DNA of 64,000 nucleotides from an uncultured SAR86 cluster bacterium (lineage in GTDB: Bacteria > Pseudomonadota > Gammaproteobacteria > Magnimaribacterales > D2472), in contig CACJCN010000003.1 of NCBI GenBank assembly GCA_902591925.1, positions 145,825-209,824 of the forward strand, in the 5' to 3' direction. Under the pieces are notes generated by a model. That model saw only the letters and a list, made by a program, of their open reading frames with translations, did no database searches and was not told the DNA's origin. Below are positions 38,493-48,414 of this stretch, in pieces (the first letter of the stretch is position 1; each line of letters opens with the position of its first letter). The position numbers and the translations under genes are program-made.

Positions 38493-39589
38493 TAGAAATC
38501 AAAGAAGATTCAATAATTTTAACTGTTAAAAAAAATAAATTTGATCTACCTTTTTTGTGGCTTAGAGATAATTGCCAGTGTGATGAATGCAGAATTACTG
38601 AGACGCAGGAAAAGCAATTTTTATTGCATTCAGTTCCTGTAGATATAGTGCCAAATCATGTAGAAGAAATTGATAATAACATTAAGATCATTTGGCCTGA
38701 TGGTCATGAATCATTTATTCCGATAGATCTTATCAAAAACTCATATTTACCGCGCTATCCAGATCAATGCGAATGGCCAGAGGAATTTCAGCCAGAAAAG
38801 TATAGTTGGAAAGAATTTTTAGATAGCAATGAAATAGCAATAGAAGCTCTTAAAACGTTTGTAAGATTTGGTGTAATTATTCTTAAAGATGCGCCAAAGG
38901 AATCAAATTCTTTAGAATTTCTTGCTAAAAGGCTTGGACCAATTAATGAAGTTCTTTTTGAAAGAATTCATAATGTTTCTGTAACAGGTCACGTATACAA
39001 TGTCGCCCATACACCAAAGGGACTGCCGCCACATAATGACTTTGCAAGTTATAAATCACAACCAAGCGTTCAGGTCTTGCACATGTTAGAAAATGAGTGT
39101 GAGGGAGGGGAGTCTATAATTGTTGATGGTTGGCAAGTGGCAAAAGATTTAAAAGATGAGATGCCTGAACATTTCTCAATACTTCAAAATTTTAAAGTAC
39201 CATTCAGAGAATTTGATCAAGAAAATGAAACGTATGCTGAAGCTCCTCTAATAAAATGTGCAACAGATGGAACAATTGAAAGTTTTAGATATTCAAATCA
39301 ATTAATGCAAATGATAGATCCAAGAAAAGAGGGTATAAGAGAATTTTATAAGGCATATCATGAGATTTCATTGAGGGTTCATAACAAAAAATATCGTTCA
39401 ACTTTCAGACTTAATGGGGGAGAGGCCCTTGTCGTTGCAAGTTTGAGGGTACTTCATGCTCGTGAACCTTTTATTCCCAATGGAAGAAGGCATTTACAAG
39501 ATGCATATTTTACCTATGACAATGCGGCTAATAATATTGTTTTGTTATCTAATCAATTAAGTGAAGCTATCAGACGCAGACATATCTAG
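38489..39589 (+). CDS. Fe(II)/2-oxoglutarate dioxygenase, gamma-butyrobetaine hydroxylase-like (TauD family with GBBH-type N-domain)
   Basis: N-terminal LWLRDNCQCDEC zinc-type motif, HND facial-triad candidate (PPHNDFASY) and a distal His (RVLHAREPF). Confidence 0.75.
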   Translation: MIEIKEDSIILTVKKNKFDLPFLWLRDNCQCDECRITETQEKQFLLHSVPVDIVPNHVEEIDNNIKIIWPDGHESFIPIDLIKNSYLPRYPDQCEWPEEFQPEKYSWKEFLDSNEIAIEALKTFVRFGVIILKDAPKESNSLEFLAKRLGPINEVLFERIHNVSVTGHVYNVAHTPKGLPPHNDFASYKSQPSVQVLHMLENECEGGESIIVDGWQVAKDLKDEMPEHFSILQNFKVPFREFDQENETYAEAPLIKCATDGTIESFRYSNQLMQMIDPRKEGIREFYKAYHEISLRVHNKKYRSTFRLNGGEALVVASLRVLHAREPFIPNGRRHLQDAYFTYDNAANNIVLLSNQLSEAIRRRHI

Positions 39590-39812
39590 AATTATTGAGA
39601 TGGCATGGGAGGATAGGACTCCATTTGATGCAATTAAATCTCAATTTGGCCTTACTCAAGACAAAGTAGTTAAAGTAATGAGAGAAAACCTTAAAAAAAA
39701 TAGTTTCAACCTTTGGAGAAAAAGAGTAAGAGGTAGGAAAACAAAGCATTCTGAGTTAAGAACTTTCAGAGTTGGTAGACATCATTCCTATGACCAAAAT
39801 AAACATAAATAA
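39561..39812 (+). CDS. DUF2805 / TIGR03643-family small protein
   Basis: RIIEMAWEDRTPFDAIKSQFGL motif. A GTG start at 39561 overlaps the upstream gene. ATG 39600 is the alternative. Confidence 0.7.
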   Translation: MKLSDADISRIIEMAWEDRTPFDAIKSQFGLTQDKVVKVMRENLKKNSFNLWRKRVRGRKTKHSELRTFRVGRHHSYDQNKHK

Positions 39813-40092
39813 AGATAAGTTAAAGTTTACAAATTTACACAAATCATTTTTTAGTGATTTAAAAGATACTGAGTGTCAAATATCAGATACAAACGTACTA
39901 ATATTTGAATCATCTGGAAGAAATCCAGATCCAGCTGCGGTTGAATTAGTTTTTAAGAACAATCATTATGTTTTGTACTACTGGGATGGCTACTCATTGG
40001 CAGAAAAAAATCAAACAAGTTCATATGATGATGCACTCTACCAATTTAAAAAATATGCAAAGAAATTGGCTAAGAATTTAAGAAAATTCTAA
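39790..40092 (+). CDS. Hypothetical protein
   Basis: 100-aa ORF from ATG 39790, followed by a strong terminator. No recognisable motifs. Confidence 0.45.
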   Translation: MTKININKDKLKFTNLHKSFFSDLKDTECQISDTNVLIFESSGRNPDPAAVELVFKNNHYVLYYWDGYSLAEKNQTSSYDDALYQFKKYAKKLAKNLRKF

Positions 40093-40121
40093 AAAATGCG
40101 ATCAAAGTGATCGCATTTTTG
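40091..40121. terminator. Bidirectional Rho-independent terminator between convergent genes
   Basis: A-run, then hairpin atgcgatca / aag / tgatcgcat, then T-run. Confidence 0.8.
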
Positions 40122-40137
40122 TTGTATAGTTTAAATA

Positions 40138-42036
40138 TTAATAGCCACTTCCACCAGAACTAGAAGTTGAGAAGTGTGATTTTGGTTTGAATAGTTCATC
40201 AGAAGAAGAGGTTTCTGATCCATGATACCCACCTGTATCTGGCATATAAAAGGTTAATCCAGGATACTCATAAAATGTATGTGGATGGTCGTCGTCACCT
40301 TGTGATGACAAATAAACTTTATATGTGAAACCTGATGCTCCTTTAAAAGGTCCTGAAGCAATGGTACCTTTCACTTGCATTGCAGTACTTGAGCTAGTTA
40401 CGTCGATATTAGATTGTGTATATGAAGATACTTTTACAATCTTTCCTTCAGAATACATTCCAGAGTGAAAATCACAATATGGGTATATTGTGTCCGGAGT
40501 ATTTGCACCAACAGTAAGTGTTAATGTGCTCTCATCCCATCCTTCACTTGAACCAATGATACCAGAATCTGAGGCGGTAGCATTTTGGACAGTCGACATT
40601 TTAAACGGATGACTTGCAGTCACAGAGTTAGAAGCTTCAAACTTTATAACATCACCTTCTCTAACATAAATTACCATTTCAGTAGAAGATGTATTTACAC
40701 TATCGACTAGGTAATTGCTGCTACCATTGTTTGATAGTGAGTAGGTTGTTTCATTTAAGTAAGATTCATTATCTGTGATTGCTCCGCCATCCCAAGAAGT
40801 ATTTTCATTAATCCAATCAATCGTATTAAAAGTTAATTTATCTATTTCTTCTGTTGTTGAGGTTCCATCAATAACTGCTCTCATAAGGGTTGCTAATTCA
40901 GTTACTCCAGCCTTTGCAAAATGAGATAGTGAATTTGAGGAGTCCGCATATATTTTTTGCAAATAAGATGATATTCCTGCAGATAAATCAACAAGTTGTT
41001 GACTAGATGGAGAAAACCCACTATCTAGGTTTGTTAAAAAATCTTTTATGAAAGTTGTATCACCCAATGATGTTTCAGATCCAGTTCGATTAAAAACACT
41101 TTCGGTAAATTTATAGGTATTACTATTTGAAGTTGGAGTTGGATTCAAAGCCTCTAATATATCGTAAATAATAGCAGCCTGTGTATTAACAACAGCAGCT
41201 TTATTATATGAAGCCGAATCTAAGTTTGAAAAAGGATTATCAAATCTAATCATGAAATTAGCGTCTATACCGAGTTTAGATTTTAAAGTTTCGTAATCTG
41301 TGCTGTTATATTCATTAAGCATTGTGCTTAGTGGGGTAACAACAAAATTTTGATCAGTAACAGGTTGACTCAAAGCAAGACTTTCAGAATCCATAAATTG
41401 AAGATTTGTAACAGGGTCAAATCCACCTTCACTTCGGATTACTCCAGAAGTGCCTGAGTCAACTGTTATTGAAAATGTTCCATCTTGTGCAGAAGTTGCA
41501 GTAAATTGTGCTCCATCACATGTCCCAGAGTTTACTTCAATACATACTGATGCTCCTTGAATGGGCCCCATTACTAAGATGGTGCCATCATATCCTGTAG
41601 ACGTAACATCATCAGATGTATCATTAGTTATTGTAATTCTAAAGTCTTCAGAATCTGTAAGTGATCCATCGGACACAGTTACTGATATTTCATAGATTCG
41701 GTCGGTGTTTGCATCATTAGGTGCTTCATAATCTGGAGCTGAATTAAAAGTAACGACACCACTTGAAGTAATACTCAAAAGTGAGGCATCTGTGCCAGAT
41801 AATGAGAAAGTTATTGTGTCACCATCAGGGTCAGATGCAGTAACTGTAAAAGCAGTAGTTTGATTTTCTTGTACAGAAATATCAAATGATGAATTTGTAA
41901 TATTGGGGGCTCCATTCATGTTACCTGAGCTGCCTCCGTAGCCGTCGCCGCCGCCGCCGCCACCGCCTCCACCGCCACCGCAAGAGGCTATTACAAAAAG
42001 ACTAAATAAAAAAATTACCCTGTTTAAAGATATCAT
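40138..42036 (-). CDS. Surface/periplasmic lipoprotein with poly-Gly tether, cadherin-like domain and cupredoxin-like (type-1 copper) domain
   Basis: Lipobox VIASC at Cys19, then G11. Residues ~44-137 look like a cadherin/Big repeat (VQENQTTAFTVTASDPDGDTITFSL...YEISVTVSDG). Residues ~452-536 carry His476...Cys521-x2-His524-x2-Met527. Strong SD (aggag). Confidence 0.85.
   Translation of the reverse strand: MISLNRVIFLFSLFVIASCGGGGGGGGGGGDGYGGSSGNMNGAPNITNSSFDISVQENQTTAFTVTASDPDGDTITFSLSGTDASLLSITSSGVVTFNSAPDYEAPNDANTDRIYEISVTVSDGSLTDSEDFRITITNDTSDDVTSTGYDGTILVMGPIQGASVCIEVNSGTCDGAQFTATSAQDGTFSITVDSGTSGVIRSEGGFDPVTNLQFMDSESLALSQPVTDQNFVVTPLSTMLNEYNSTDYETLKSKLGIDANFMIRFDNPFSNLDSASYNKAAVVNTQAAIIYDILEALNPTPTSNSNTYKFTESVFNRTGSETSLGDTTFIKDFLTNLDSGFSPSSQQLVDLSAGISSYLQKIYADSSNSLSHFAKAGVTELATLMRAVIDGTSTTEEIDKLTFNTIDWINENTSWDGGAITDNESYLNETTYSLSNNGSSNYLVDSVNTSSTEMVIYVREGDVIKFEASNSVTASHPFKMSTVQNATASDSGIIGSSEGWDESTLTLTVGANTPDTIYPYCDFHSGMYSEGKIVKVSSYTQSNIDVTSSSTAMQVKGTIASGPFKGASGFTYKVYLSSQGDDDHPHTFYEYPGLTFYMPDTGGYHGSETSSSDELFKPKSHFSTSSSGGSGY
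41947..41979 (-). repeat. GGN triplet tract encoding 11 consecutive glycines
   Basis: Plus-strand gccgccgccgccgccaccgcctccaccgccacc, a GC-rich microsatellite-like tract in an otherwise AT-rich context. Confidence 0.9.
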
Positions 42037-42263
42037 ATGTTCTCCTGTTGTTAATTAATCGGGCGTCCATAAAGTGTAAGAAAAGTTTGTGCCCAAACTG
42101 ACCAAATTTATGGCAAAGCGACTTGATGTAGTGTATTAAACAAAAAAAATATAAATAAAGTCAAATTTATATTTTTTGTTGTTTTTTCGGTATTTTTTAT
42201 ATATATATTTTGTAGTTTTACTACTAATTGATATATTTTTGATTTAATTTGTAACTAATAGAT

Positions 42264-42348
42264 TGGTGCCCCATATCTGAGTCGAACAGATACTCCCGAA
42301 GGAACGCGATTTTGAATCGCGCGCGTCTACCAATTCCGCCAATGGGGC
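42264..42348 (-). tRNA. tRNA-Leu (anticodon CAA)
   Basis: The reverse complement GCCCCATTGGCGGAATTGGTAGACGCGCGCGATTCAAAATCGCGTTCCTTCGGGAGTATCTGTTCGACTCAGATATGGGGCACCA folds as a cloverleaf. It has a 7-bp acceptor stem, anticodon loop TTCAAAA, a long variable arm and an encoded CCA. Confidence 0.93.
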
Positions 42349-42395
42349 TCGAGAAGCATTGTAGCCAAGTATTATCTATTTTAAAATCAGCCAAC

Positions 42396-43409
42396 ATGAA
42401 AACATCTGATTTCGATTATGAGTTGCCAGATGAGCTAATTGCTCATTATCCAATTGATTCTAGAAGTTCAAGCCGTCTTTTAGTTAGACTAAATGAAATT
42501 GAACATAGAATATTTCAGGATATAACAAATTATTTTCATGAAGGAGATTTACTTATTAATAATAATACTTCAGTAATACCGGCAAGAATTTATGGAAATA
42601 AAGACTCTGGTGGTTCGGTTGAGCTCATGCTTGAAAGAGAGTTAGATGATAATAAAGCTTTAGTTCAAATTCGGTCTGGAAATCCTCCCATAACTGGAAC
42701 TATAATTTTTTTTGATCAGTATGAGGCAAAATGCATTGGTCGAAAAGATAATTTTTTTATTGTTGAGTTTGCTCAATCTCCATCCGATATTTTTAACGAT
42801 ATTGGACATGTTCCATTACCTCCCTACATCAAGAGAAATGATGAAGAAATAGATAAAGAAAGATACGCGACTGTTTATGAAAATAAAGATTTTCAAAATT
42901 CAGTTGCTGCTCCAACAGCTGGCTTACATTTTGATAATGAGTTACTGCAAAAAATAAATAATATTGGTGTTGAGACTATTTCAATTAATTTGAGTGTTGG
43001 AGCAGGCACATTTCAACCTGTAAAAACTGAAAATATCAAAGATCATAAGATTCATAAAGAGTTTGTCGAAGTGAGTGATGAGATTGTAAATAAAGTTAAA
43101 GAAGCTAAAAAGAAGGGGAATAAGATCTTTGCTGTTGGAACAACAACTCTTAGAGCCTTAGAAACTGCATTCATAGAAGAAAAAGGATATAAAGATTTTA
43201 CAGATTTGTTTATTTATCCAGGCTTTGAATTTAAGGCAGTAGATATGCTAATTACAAATTTTCATTTACCTAAATCATCTTTACTAATGTTAGTTTCTGC
43301 ATTTATAGGTTTTGAAAATACAAAAAAAATATACGATGTTGCAGTTCGAGAAAAATATAGGTTCTTATCTTATGGTGATGCTATGCTTTTAAAAAAAAAT
43401 GAAGCTTAA
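42396..43409 (+). CDS. queA: S-adenosylmethionine:tRNA ribosyltransferase-isomerase QueA
   Basis: [19 protein letters not shown] start and a [10 protein letters not shown] motif. The ORF-track start at 42312 runs through the tRNA-Leu and is rejected. Confidence 0.94.
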   Translation: MKTSDFDYELPDELIAHYPIDSRSSSRLLVRLNEIEHRIFQDITNYFHEGDLLINNNTSVIPARIYGNKDSGGSVELMLERELDDNKALVQIRSGNPPITGTIIFFDQYEAKCIGRKDNFFIVEFAQSPSDIFNDIGHVPLPPYIKRNDEEIDKERYATVYENKDFQNSVAAPTAGLHFDNELLQKINNIGVETISINLSVGAGTFQPVKTENIKDHKIHKEFVEVSDEIVNKVKEAKKKGNKIFAVGTTTLRALETAFIEEKGYKDFTDLFIYPGFEFKAVDMLITNFHLPKSSLLMLVSAFIGFENTKKIYDVAVREKYRFLSYGDAMLLKKNEA

Positions 43410-44514
43410 AACTAAAAATACATCTAATTTTGCAAGAGTATCTGAAATACAACTATCAAGAGGCAAAATTAATACACCAGCATTTATGCCAGTTGGAACA
43501 AATGCAACTGTAAAAGGTTTGACTGTAGAAGACTTAAATGAAACAGGTTCAGAGATAATTCTTGGAAACACTTTTCATCTTATGCTCAGGCCTGGCGACA
43601 ACTTAATCAAGAATTTAGGTGGACTTCATAAATTTATTAATTGGGAAAAACCAATTCTTACTGACTCAGGAGGATTTCAAGTATGGAGCCTTGGTGATTT
43701 AGCTGAAATTTCTGAAGATGGCGTTAAGTTTAGCTCACCATACGATGGTAAAAAAATTTTTATGAGACCCGAAGATTCAATCATGATTCAGGAGGATCTC
43801 GGCTCAGATATTATTATGGTATTTGACGAATGTACTGATTATCCAACTAGTTTTGAACAAGCAAAAAAATCAATGGAACTTTCTATGAGATGGGCAAAGA
43901 GATGTAAAGCAGCGCATAAATCTAAATCAGCATTATTTGGGATTGTTCAGGGAGGCATGTATAAAGATTTGAGGGAGGAGTCATTGAATCAACTAATGGA
44001 TATTGATTTTGATGGAATAGCATTGGGGGGTTTGAGTGTTGGAGAATCAAAACAAGAGAAAACTGAAATCTTAGAGTTTATGTCTGATAAATTACCAAAG
44101 GATAAACCAAGATACCTAATGGGCGTCGGTACGCCAGAAGATATAGTCGAAGCAGTGAGATATGGAATCGATATGTTTGATTGTGTCCTCCCAACAAGAA
44201 ATGCAAGAAATGGCCAACTTTTTACCTCAGAAGGAGTAATAAATATCAGAAATGCAGAATATAAAGATAGTGATGAACCAATAGATAAAAATTGTGATTC
44301 TAAAGTATCTCAAAATTACAGCAGGGCCTATCTAAATCATTTACATAGGACAAACGAGATGCTTGGATCTATGTTAGCAACATATCATAATATTTATTAT
44401 TACCAATCTTTGATGAGAGATATTAGATATGCAATAAAAAATAATTTATTCGCGAAGTTCTTAAAAGACTTCTATAATAAACGAAATTTAGATATGCCCA
44501 AGGGGCCAATATAG
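43399..44514 (+). CDS. tgt: Queuine tRNA-ribosyltransferase
   Basis: 371 aa with [18 protein letters not shown] and zinc-site region CxCxxC-like residues. Confidence 0.96.
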   Translation: MKLKTKNTSNFARVSEIQLSRGKINTPAFMPVGTNATVKGLTVEDLNETGSEIILGNTFHLMLRPGDNLIKNLGGLHKFINWEKPILTDSGGFQVWSLGDLAEISEDGVKFSSPYDGKKIFMRPEDSIMIQEDLGSDIIMVFDECTDYPTSFEQAKKSMELSMRWAKRCKAAHKSKSALFGIVQGGMYKDLREESLNQLMDIDFDGIALGGLSVGESKQEKTEILEFMSDKLPKDKPRYLMGVGTPEDIVEAVRYGIDMFDCVLPTRNARNGQLFTSEGVINIRNAEYKDSDEPIDKNCDSKVSQNYSRAYLNHLHRTNEMLGSMLATYHNIYYYQSLMRDIRYAIKNNLFAKFLKDFYNKRNLDMPKGPI

Positions 44515-44522
44515 GATTAATT

Positions 44523-44819
44523 ATGGAAGGCGCTTCACCATCACTTTTATCACCATTACTATTTTTAGGATTTTTATTACTATTCATGTATATAGTAATA
44601 ATTAGACCTCAAAATAAAAGAAATAAAGAAATTAATGAAATGCTTTCAAAGCTAGAGGTCGGAACTGAAGTGATCGCTGCAAGTGGAATAATTGGCAAAG
44701 TTAAGGCCATCAAAGGAGAATACATATCTCTAGAAGTGAGCGAAAATGTGGTATTTAAGCTTCAAAGATCTGCTATTGCAAACATCTTACCTAAGGGAAC
44801 TATAGAATCTATTAAGTAG
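44523..44819 (+). CDS. yajC: Preprotein translocase subunit YajC
   Basis: 98 aa with one TM and the IIRPQNKR motif. Position tgt-yajC-secD. Confidence 0.9.
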   Translation: MEGASPSLLSPLLFLGFLLLFMYIVIIRPQNKRNKEINEMLSKLEVGTEVIAASGIIGKVKAIKGEYISLEVSENVVFKLQRSAIANILPKGTIESIK

Positions 44820-44823
44820 AAAA

Positions 44824-46680
44824 GTGAATAAATTTTCAATATACCAGTACTTACTTATATTATCTGTGTTGGTAATTGGATTCCTATACGCATTACCAAA
44901 TATATATCCTACACAACCTTCGATTCAAGTTGCGTATACTGACTCTGGATTATCCGCTGATCAGGCATTGCTTGATGATTTAGAAAATATACTTGAAGAC
45001 TCAAAGACAGTTTACGACGAAATTTTTCTTCGAGATAATAAAATTGTTATAAAGTTCAAAGATGTTGAAACTCAGTTAAGCTCAAAGACAATTTTACAAA
45101 ATGCTTTACTTGATAGAGTAATTATTGCTCTTTTTCTAGAGCCATCAACACCACAATGGTTAAAGGACATTGGTGCAAATCCAGTCAAATTAGGTTTAGA
45201 TTTATCTGGTGGAGTTCATTTTTTGTTAGAGGTTGATATCGATACAGCTCAAGAGGGAAGGCTTGAACTTTTGTTAGAAAATTATAGAAATGTTTTTAAA
45301 GATGAAAGAATTAAATTTGATAAGTCATCCATAAAAGACTTAAAACTATATTTTGAATTTTCAGATAATCAAAGCTATAACAAGGCTTTAAAAAGGTTTA
45401 GAGACGACAGTCCTGTCTTGAATGGAGTTCAATACATAATTAGTGAAAGGCCAAGTACTGATGTTCTTTTGCTTGAGTATTCAGATATCGCACTTAGGGA
45501 AATTAGAGACTATGCAGTTGGTCAAAACCTTATTACTCTTAGAAATAGAGTAAATGAACTGGGAGTATCTGAACCAATAGTTCAAAGACAAGGCGGAAAT
45601 AGAATTGTCGTTCAACTTCCGGGTGTTCAAGACCCTACAGCTGCAAAAAAAATTATCGGTAAAACAGCTAACCTTGAGTTTAGGATGGAAGCAAATGCCA
45701 GGACATCGCCACTTAGAAAAGAAGAATTTTCTTTTAAAGAAAATGAATTTCAATCAGCTTTTCTTGAAAAAGCTGTGATAGTAGCTGGTGAAAAAGTAAC
45801 AAATGCAAATACAGGATTTGATGAAAACGGATTTGCACAGGTAAACATAACTCTTGATATGGAAGGTGGCCGTGCAATGCAAAAGGCAACATCAGGAAAT
45901 ATAGGAAGACGTTTAGGTGTCCTGTTTGTGGAACAAAAAACTAAATCAGAATTAGTAACTAATGCCTTGGGTGAATCTGTTATCGAACAAACTTCTTATA
46001 TTGAAAAAAATATAATAAGTCTTGCAACTGTTCAGGCTGTTTTAGGAACAAGCTTTAGAATTACTGGTGTAGGTTCCCCAGCTGAAGCAAGTGAATTAGC
46101 TTTATTACTCAGAGCAGGCGCACTTGCAGCTCCAATGAAATTTGTTGAGGAAAGAACTGTTGGACCAAGTTTAGGTAAAGAAAATATTGAATTAGGAATG
46201 AAATCTATTGTTATTGGTTTTGCGTTAGTTGTTCTTTTTATGATTTTTTATTACAGAGTATTTGGCATTGCTGCAAATATTTCATTAATACTAAACTTGG
46301 TTTTAATAACTGGAGTAATGTCTCTTTTAGGCGCTTCATTAACTTTACCAGGTATGGCAGGTATTGTTTTAACTGTTGGTATGGCAGTGGATGCGAATGT
46401 TTTGATATTTTCGCGTATACGTGAGGAATTAAAAGAGAAAGATCCACAATCAGCAATTAGAGATGGTTTTTCAAGGGCTTTTGTAACCATCTTTGATGCG
46501 AATGTTACTACATTAATTACAGCGCTTATTTTATACATCATAGGGACTGGTCCTGTAAAAGGATTTGCAATTACCTTATCTATTGGGATTATTACTTCTA
46601 TGTTTACAGCAATTATGTGTACTAGAGCAATGGTTAATCTTGTATACGGTAATAAAAATATTCAGGAACTAAAAATATAA
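44824..46680 (+). CDS. secD: Protein translocase subunit SecD
   Basis: 618 aa, GTG start, N-terminal LYALPNIYP, a large periplasmic loop and a C-terminal 5-TM bundle. Confidence 0.96.
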   Translation: MNKFSIYQYLLILSVLVIGFLYALPNIYPTQPSIQVAYTDSGLSADQALLDDLENILEDSKTVYDEIFLRDNKIVIKFKDVETQLSSKTILQNALLDRVIIALFLEPSTPQWLKDIGANPVKLGLDLSGGVHFLLEVDIDTAQEGRLELLLENYRNVFKDERIKFDKSSIKDLKLYFEFSDNQSYNKALKRFRDDSPVLNGVQYIISERPSTDVLLLEYSDIALREIRDYAVGQNLITLRNRVNELGVSEPIVQRQGGNRIVVQLPGVQDPTAAKKIIGKTANLEFRMEANARTSPLRKEEFSFKENEFQSAFLEKAVIVAGEKVTNANTGFDENGFAQVNITLDMEGGRAMQKATSGNIGRRLGVLFVEQKTKSELVTNALGESVIEQTSYIEKNIISLATVQAVLGTSFRITGVGSPAEASELALLLRAGALAAPMKFVEERTVGPSLGKENIELGMKSIVIGFALVVLFMIFYYRVFGIAANISLILNLVLITGVMSLLGASLTLPGMAGIVLTVGMAVDANVLIFSRIREELKEKDPQSAIRDGFSRAFVTIFDANVTTLITALILYIIGTGPVKGFAITLSIGIITSMFTAIMCTRAMVNLVYGNKNIQELKI

Positions 46681-47594
46681 TGGATATTAGATTTAAATTT
46701 ATGAAGTTTAGAAAAATAGCTGGACTCATTTCAATAACTTTATTTCTTATATCATGCGTATCATTAGGTTTGAGAGGTTTAAGTTTAGGTCTAGATTTCA
46801 GCGGAGGAACCTTAATCGAGGTATCTTATGAAACTCCAGTTTCACTTGAATCAATAAGAAATGAACTTGATACAAATGGATATCCCGATTCACAAGTTGT
46901 AAATTTTGGAACCAATTTAGACGTATTAATTAAAGTTGCTGATCAGAGCGGTAATAGCTCTATTGGAGAGAGTATTTTCAATATCTTAAATAATCAAGAA
47001 ATTCCCATTGAACTCAAAAGAGTTGAATTTGTTGGTCCTCAAGTTGGTGACGAATTAAGAGATCAGGGTGGTCTTGGAATGATAGTGGCTTTATTCATGA
47101 TACTGATGTATGTTGCTTTTAGATTCCAATATAAGTTTGCACTTGGTGCTGTGACTGCTTTAGCACATGACGTAGTTATAATTCTAGGTATATTTTCAGT
47201 ATTTTCATGGGATTTTGATCTAACAGTTCTTGCAGCTCTGCTTGCAGTAATAGGTTATTCTCTTAACGACACCATTGTTGTATCCGACAGAATTAGAGAA
47301 AATTTTAGAACCGAGAGAGTTTTGGAGCCTATGGACTTGATTGATTTATCGCTTAACCAAATGCTTGGAAGAACCCTCGTAACATCTTTTACTACATTAC
47401 TTGTATTATTTGCATTGTTTATTTTTGGTGGAGAATTAATAAAAGGCTTTAGTTTGGCTCTTATAATTGGGGTTGTTATAGGTACATACTCTTCGATATA
47501 TGTTGTTGCAAATATGTTAATGTCTCTAACATTAACTCAAGATGATTTAGCAATTCCTGAACCCGAAGGTGCAGACTTTGATGAAATGCCTTAA
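46680..47594 (+). CDS. secF: Protein translocase subunit SecF
   Basis: 304 aa with GLDFSGGT and IGYSLNDTIVVSDRIRE motifs. The ATG overlaps the secD stop by 1 nt. Confidence 0.95.
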   Translation: MDIRFKFMKFRKIAGLISITLFLISCVSLGLRGLSLGLDFSGGTLIEVSYETPVSLESIRNELDTNGYPDSQVVNFGTNLDVLIKVADQSGNSSIGESIFNILNNQEIPIELKRVEFVGPQVGDELRDQGGLGMIVALFMILMYVAFRFQYKFALGAVTALAHDVVIILGIFSVFSWDFDLTVLAALLAVIGYSLNDTIVVSDRIRENFRTERVLEPMDLIDLSLNQMLGRTLVTSFTTLLVLFALFIFGGELIKGFSLALIIGVVIGTYSSIYVVANMLMSLTLTQDDLAIPEPEGADFDEMP

Positions 47595-48379
47595 TTTGTA
47601 AAATTTGATTTTATTGATTTAAGAACAGATTTATATATCTTTGATGTTGTAGAGATAATATTATTTTCCATTAAAAACTTTGGGTTTCCATTGAAATTGC
47701 TAGCCAAAGCACCTCCTTCTTGAGCAATTAAACCTCCTGCGGCAAAATCGATAAGACTGATGTCATAACCCCAGACTCCATCCAATCTTCCAGCGCCAAC
47801 GTATGAGAGATCAAGAGAAAGACATCCGCTTTCACGCATATTTAAATTTTGGTTAGCAAGTTCTTTGTAAGCATTTTCAAAATTGAATTCATCATTTTTA
47901 TTAGATTTCTTAAAAGACAGCATCGCATTGTCTAATGAATTTTGTTTGCTTGCTCGAATTTTATTATTGTTTAAATCTGCACCACCACCTAGAGATGCTG
48001 AAAATTCTTCTCTTCTAATAGGATCTATGACTACAGCTGTTGTTATTTCATTATCAGTCATTGAGCATAAAGAAATCGAAAAGTGTGGATAACCATTTAT
48101 AAAATTTTCAACTCCATCAATTGGCTTTAGCACCCAAGTAATATTTGAATTATTAATAATGTGTCCTTTGTGAATACTTAAAAAATTATCTTCTTTTTGA
48201 AATTTCATGACTTCCTCAAATACTAATTCTTCTACTCTTTTTTCTATTGCTTTTAAATATCCATCTGGAGTCCCTTTAGATGAATCTAAACTGTGTACTT
48301 TTTTTACAGCAAATTCTAACTCTGCTGCTCCTTTACGGGCAGCCAAAAGATTTATATTTAACAAAGCTTGTTTTGACAT
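47591..48379 (-). CDS. suhB: Inositol monophosphatase family protein (SuhB)
   Basis: WVLKPIDGVENF (DPIDGT-like) and GAGRLDGVW motifs. Start taken at MSKQALLNI (48379). Divergent from trmJ as in E. coli. Confidence 0.87.
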   Translation of the reverse strand: MSKQALLNINLLAARKGAAELEFAVKKVHSLDSSKGTPDGYLKAIEKRVEELVFEEVMKFQKEDNFLSIHKGHIINNSNITWVLKPIDGVENFINGYPHFSISLCSMTDNEITTAVVIDPIRREEFSASLGGGADLNNNKIRASKQNSLDNAMLSFKKSNKNDEFNFENAYKELANQNLNMRESGCLSLDLSYVGAGRLDGVWGYDISLIDFAAGGLIAQEGGALASNFNGNPKFLMENNIISTTSKIYKSVLKSIKSNFTN

Positions 48380-48414
48380 GTCGCTATTGTAATAGAAATG
48401 AGGATAATAGTTGT

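Noticed and set aside
42146-42175. 11-bp AT-only inverted repeat (aaaatataaat / atttatatttt) flanked by A- and T-runs downstream of tRNA-Leu.
   Set aside because: It could be a weak bidirectional terminator, but a stem made only of A:T pairs is marginally stable and such palindromes are common in AT-rich spacers.
42312-42395. ORF-track N-terminal extension of queA (MNRARLPIPPMGLEKHC...).
   Set aside because: It reads through the antisense of tRNA-Leu. The conserved QueA N-terminus begins at the ATG at 42396 ([16 protein letters not shown]).
48084-48092. Perfect DnaA box TGTGGATAA inside suhB.
   Set aside because: It is a single isolated occurrence within coding sequence, and about one perfect box per window is expected by chance at this base composition.
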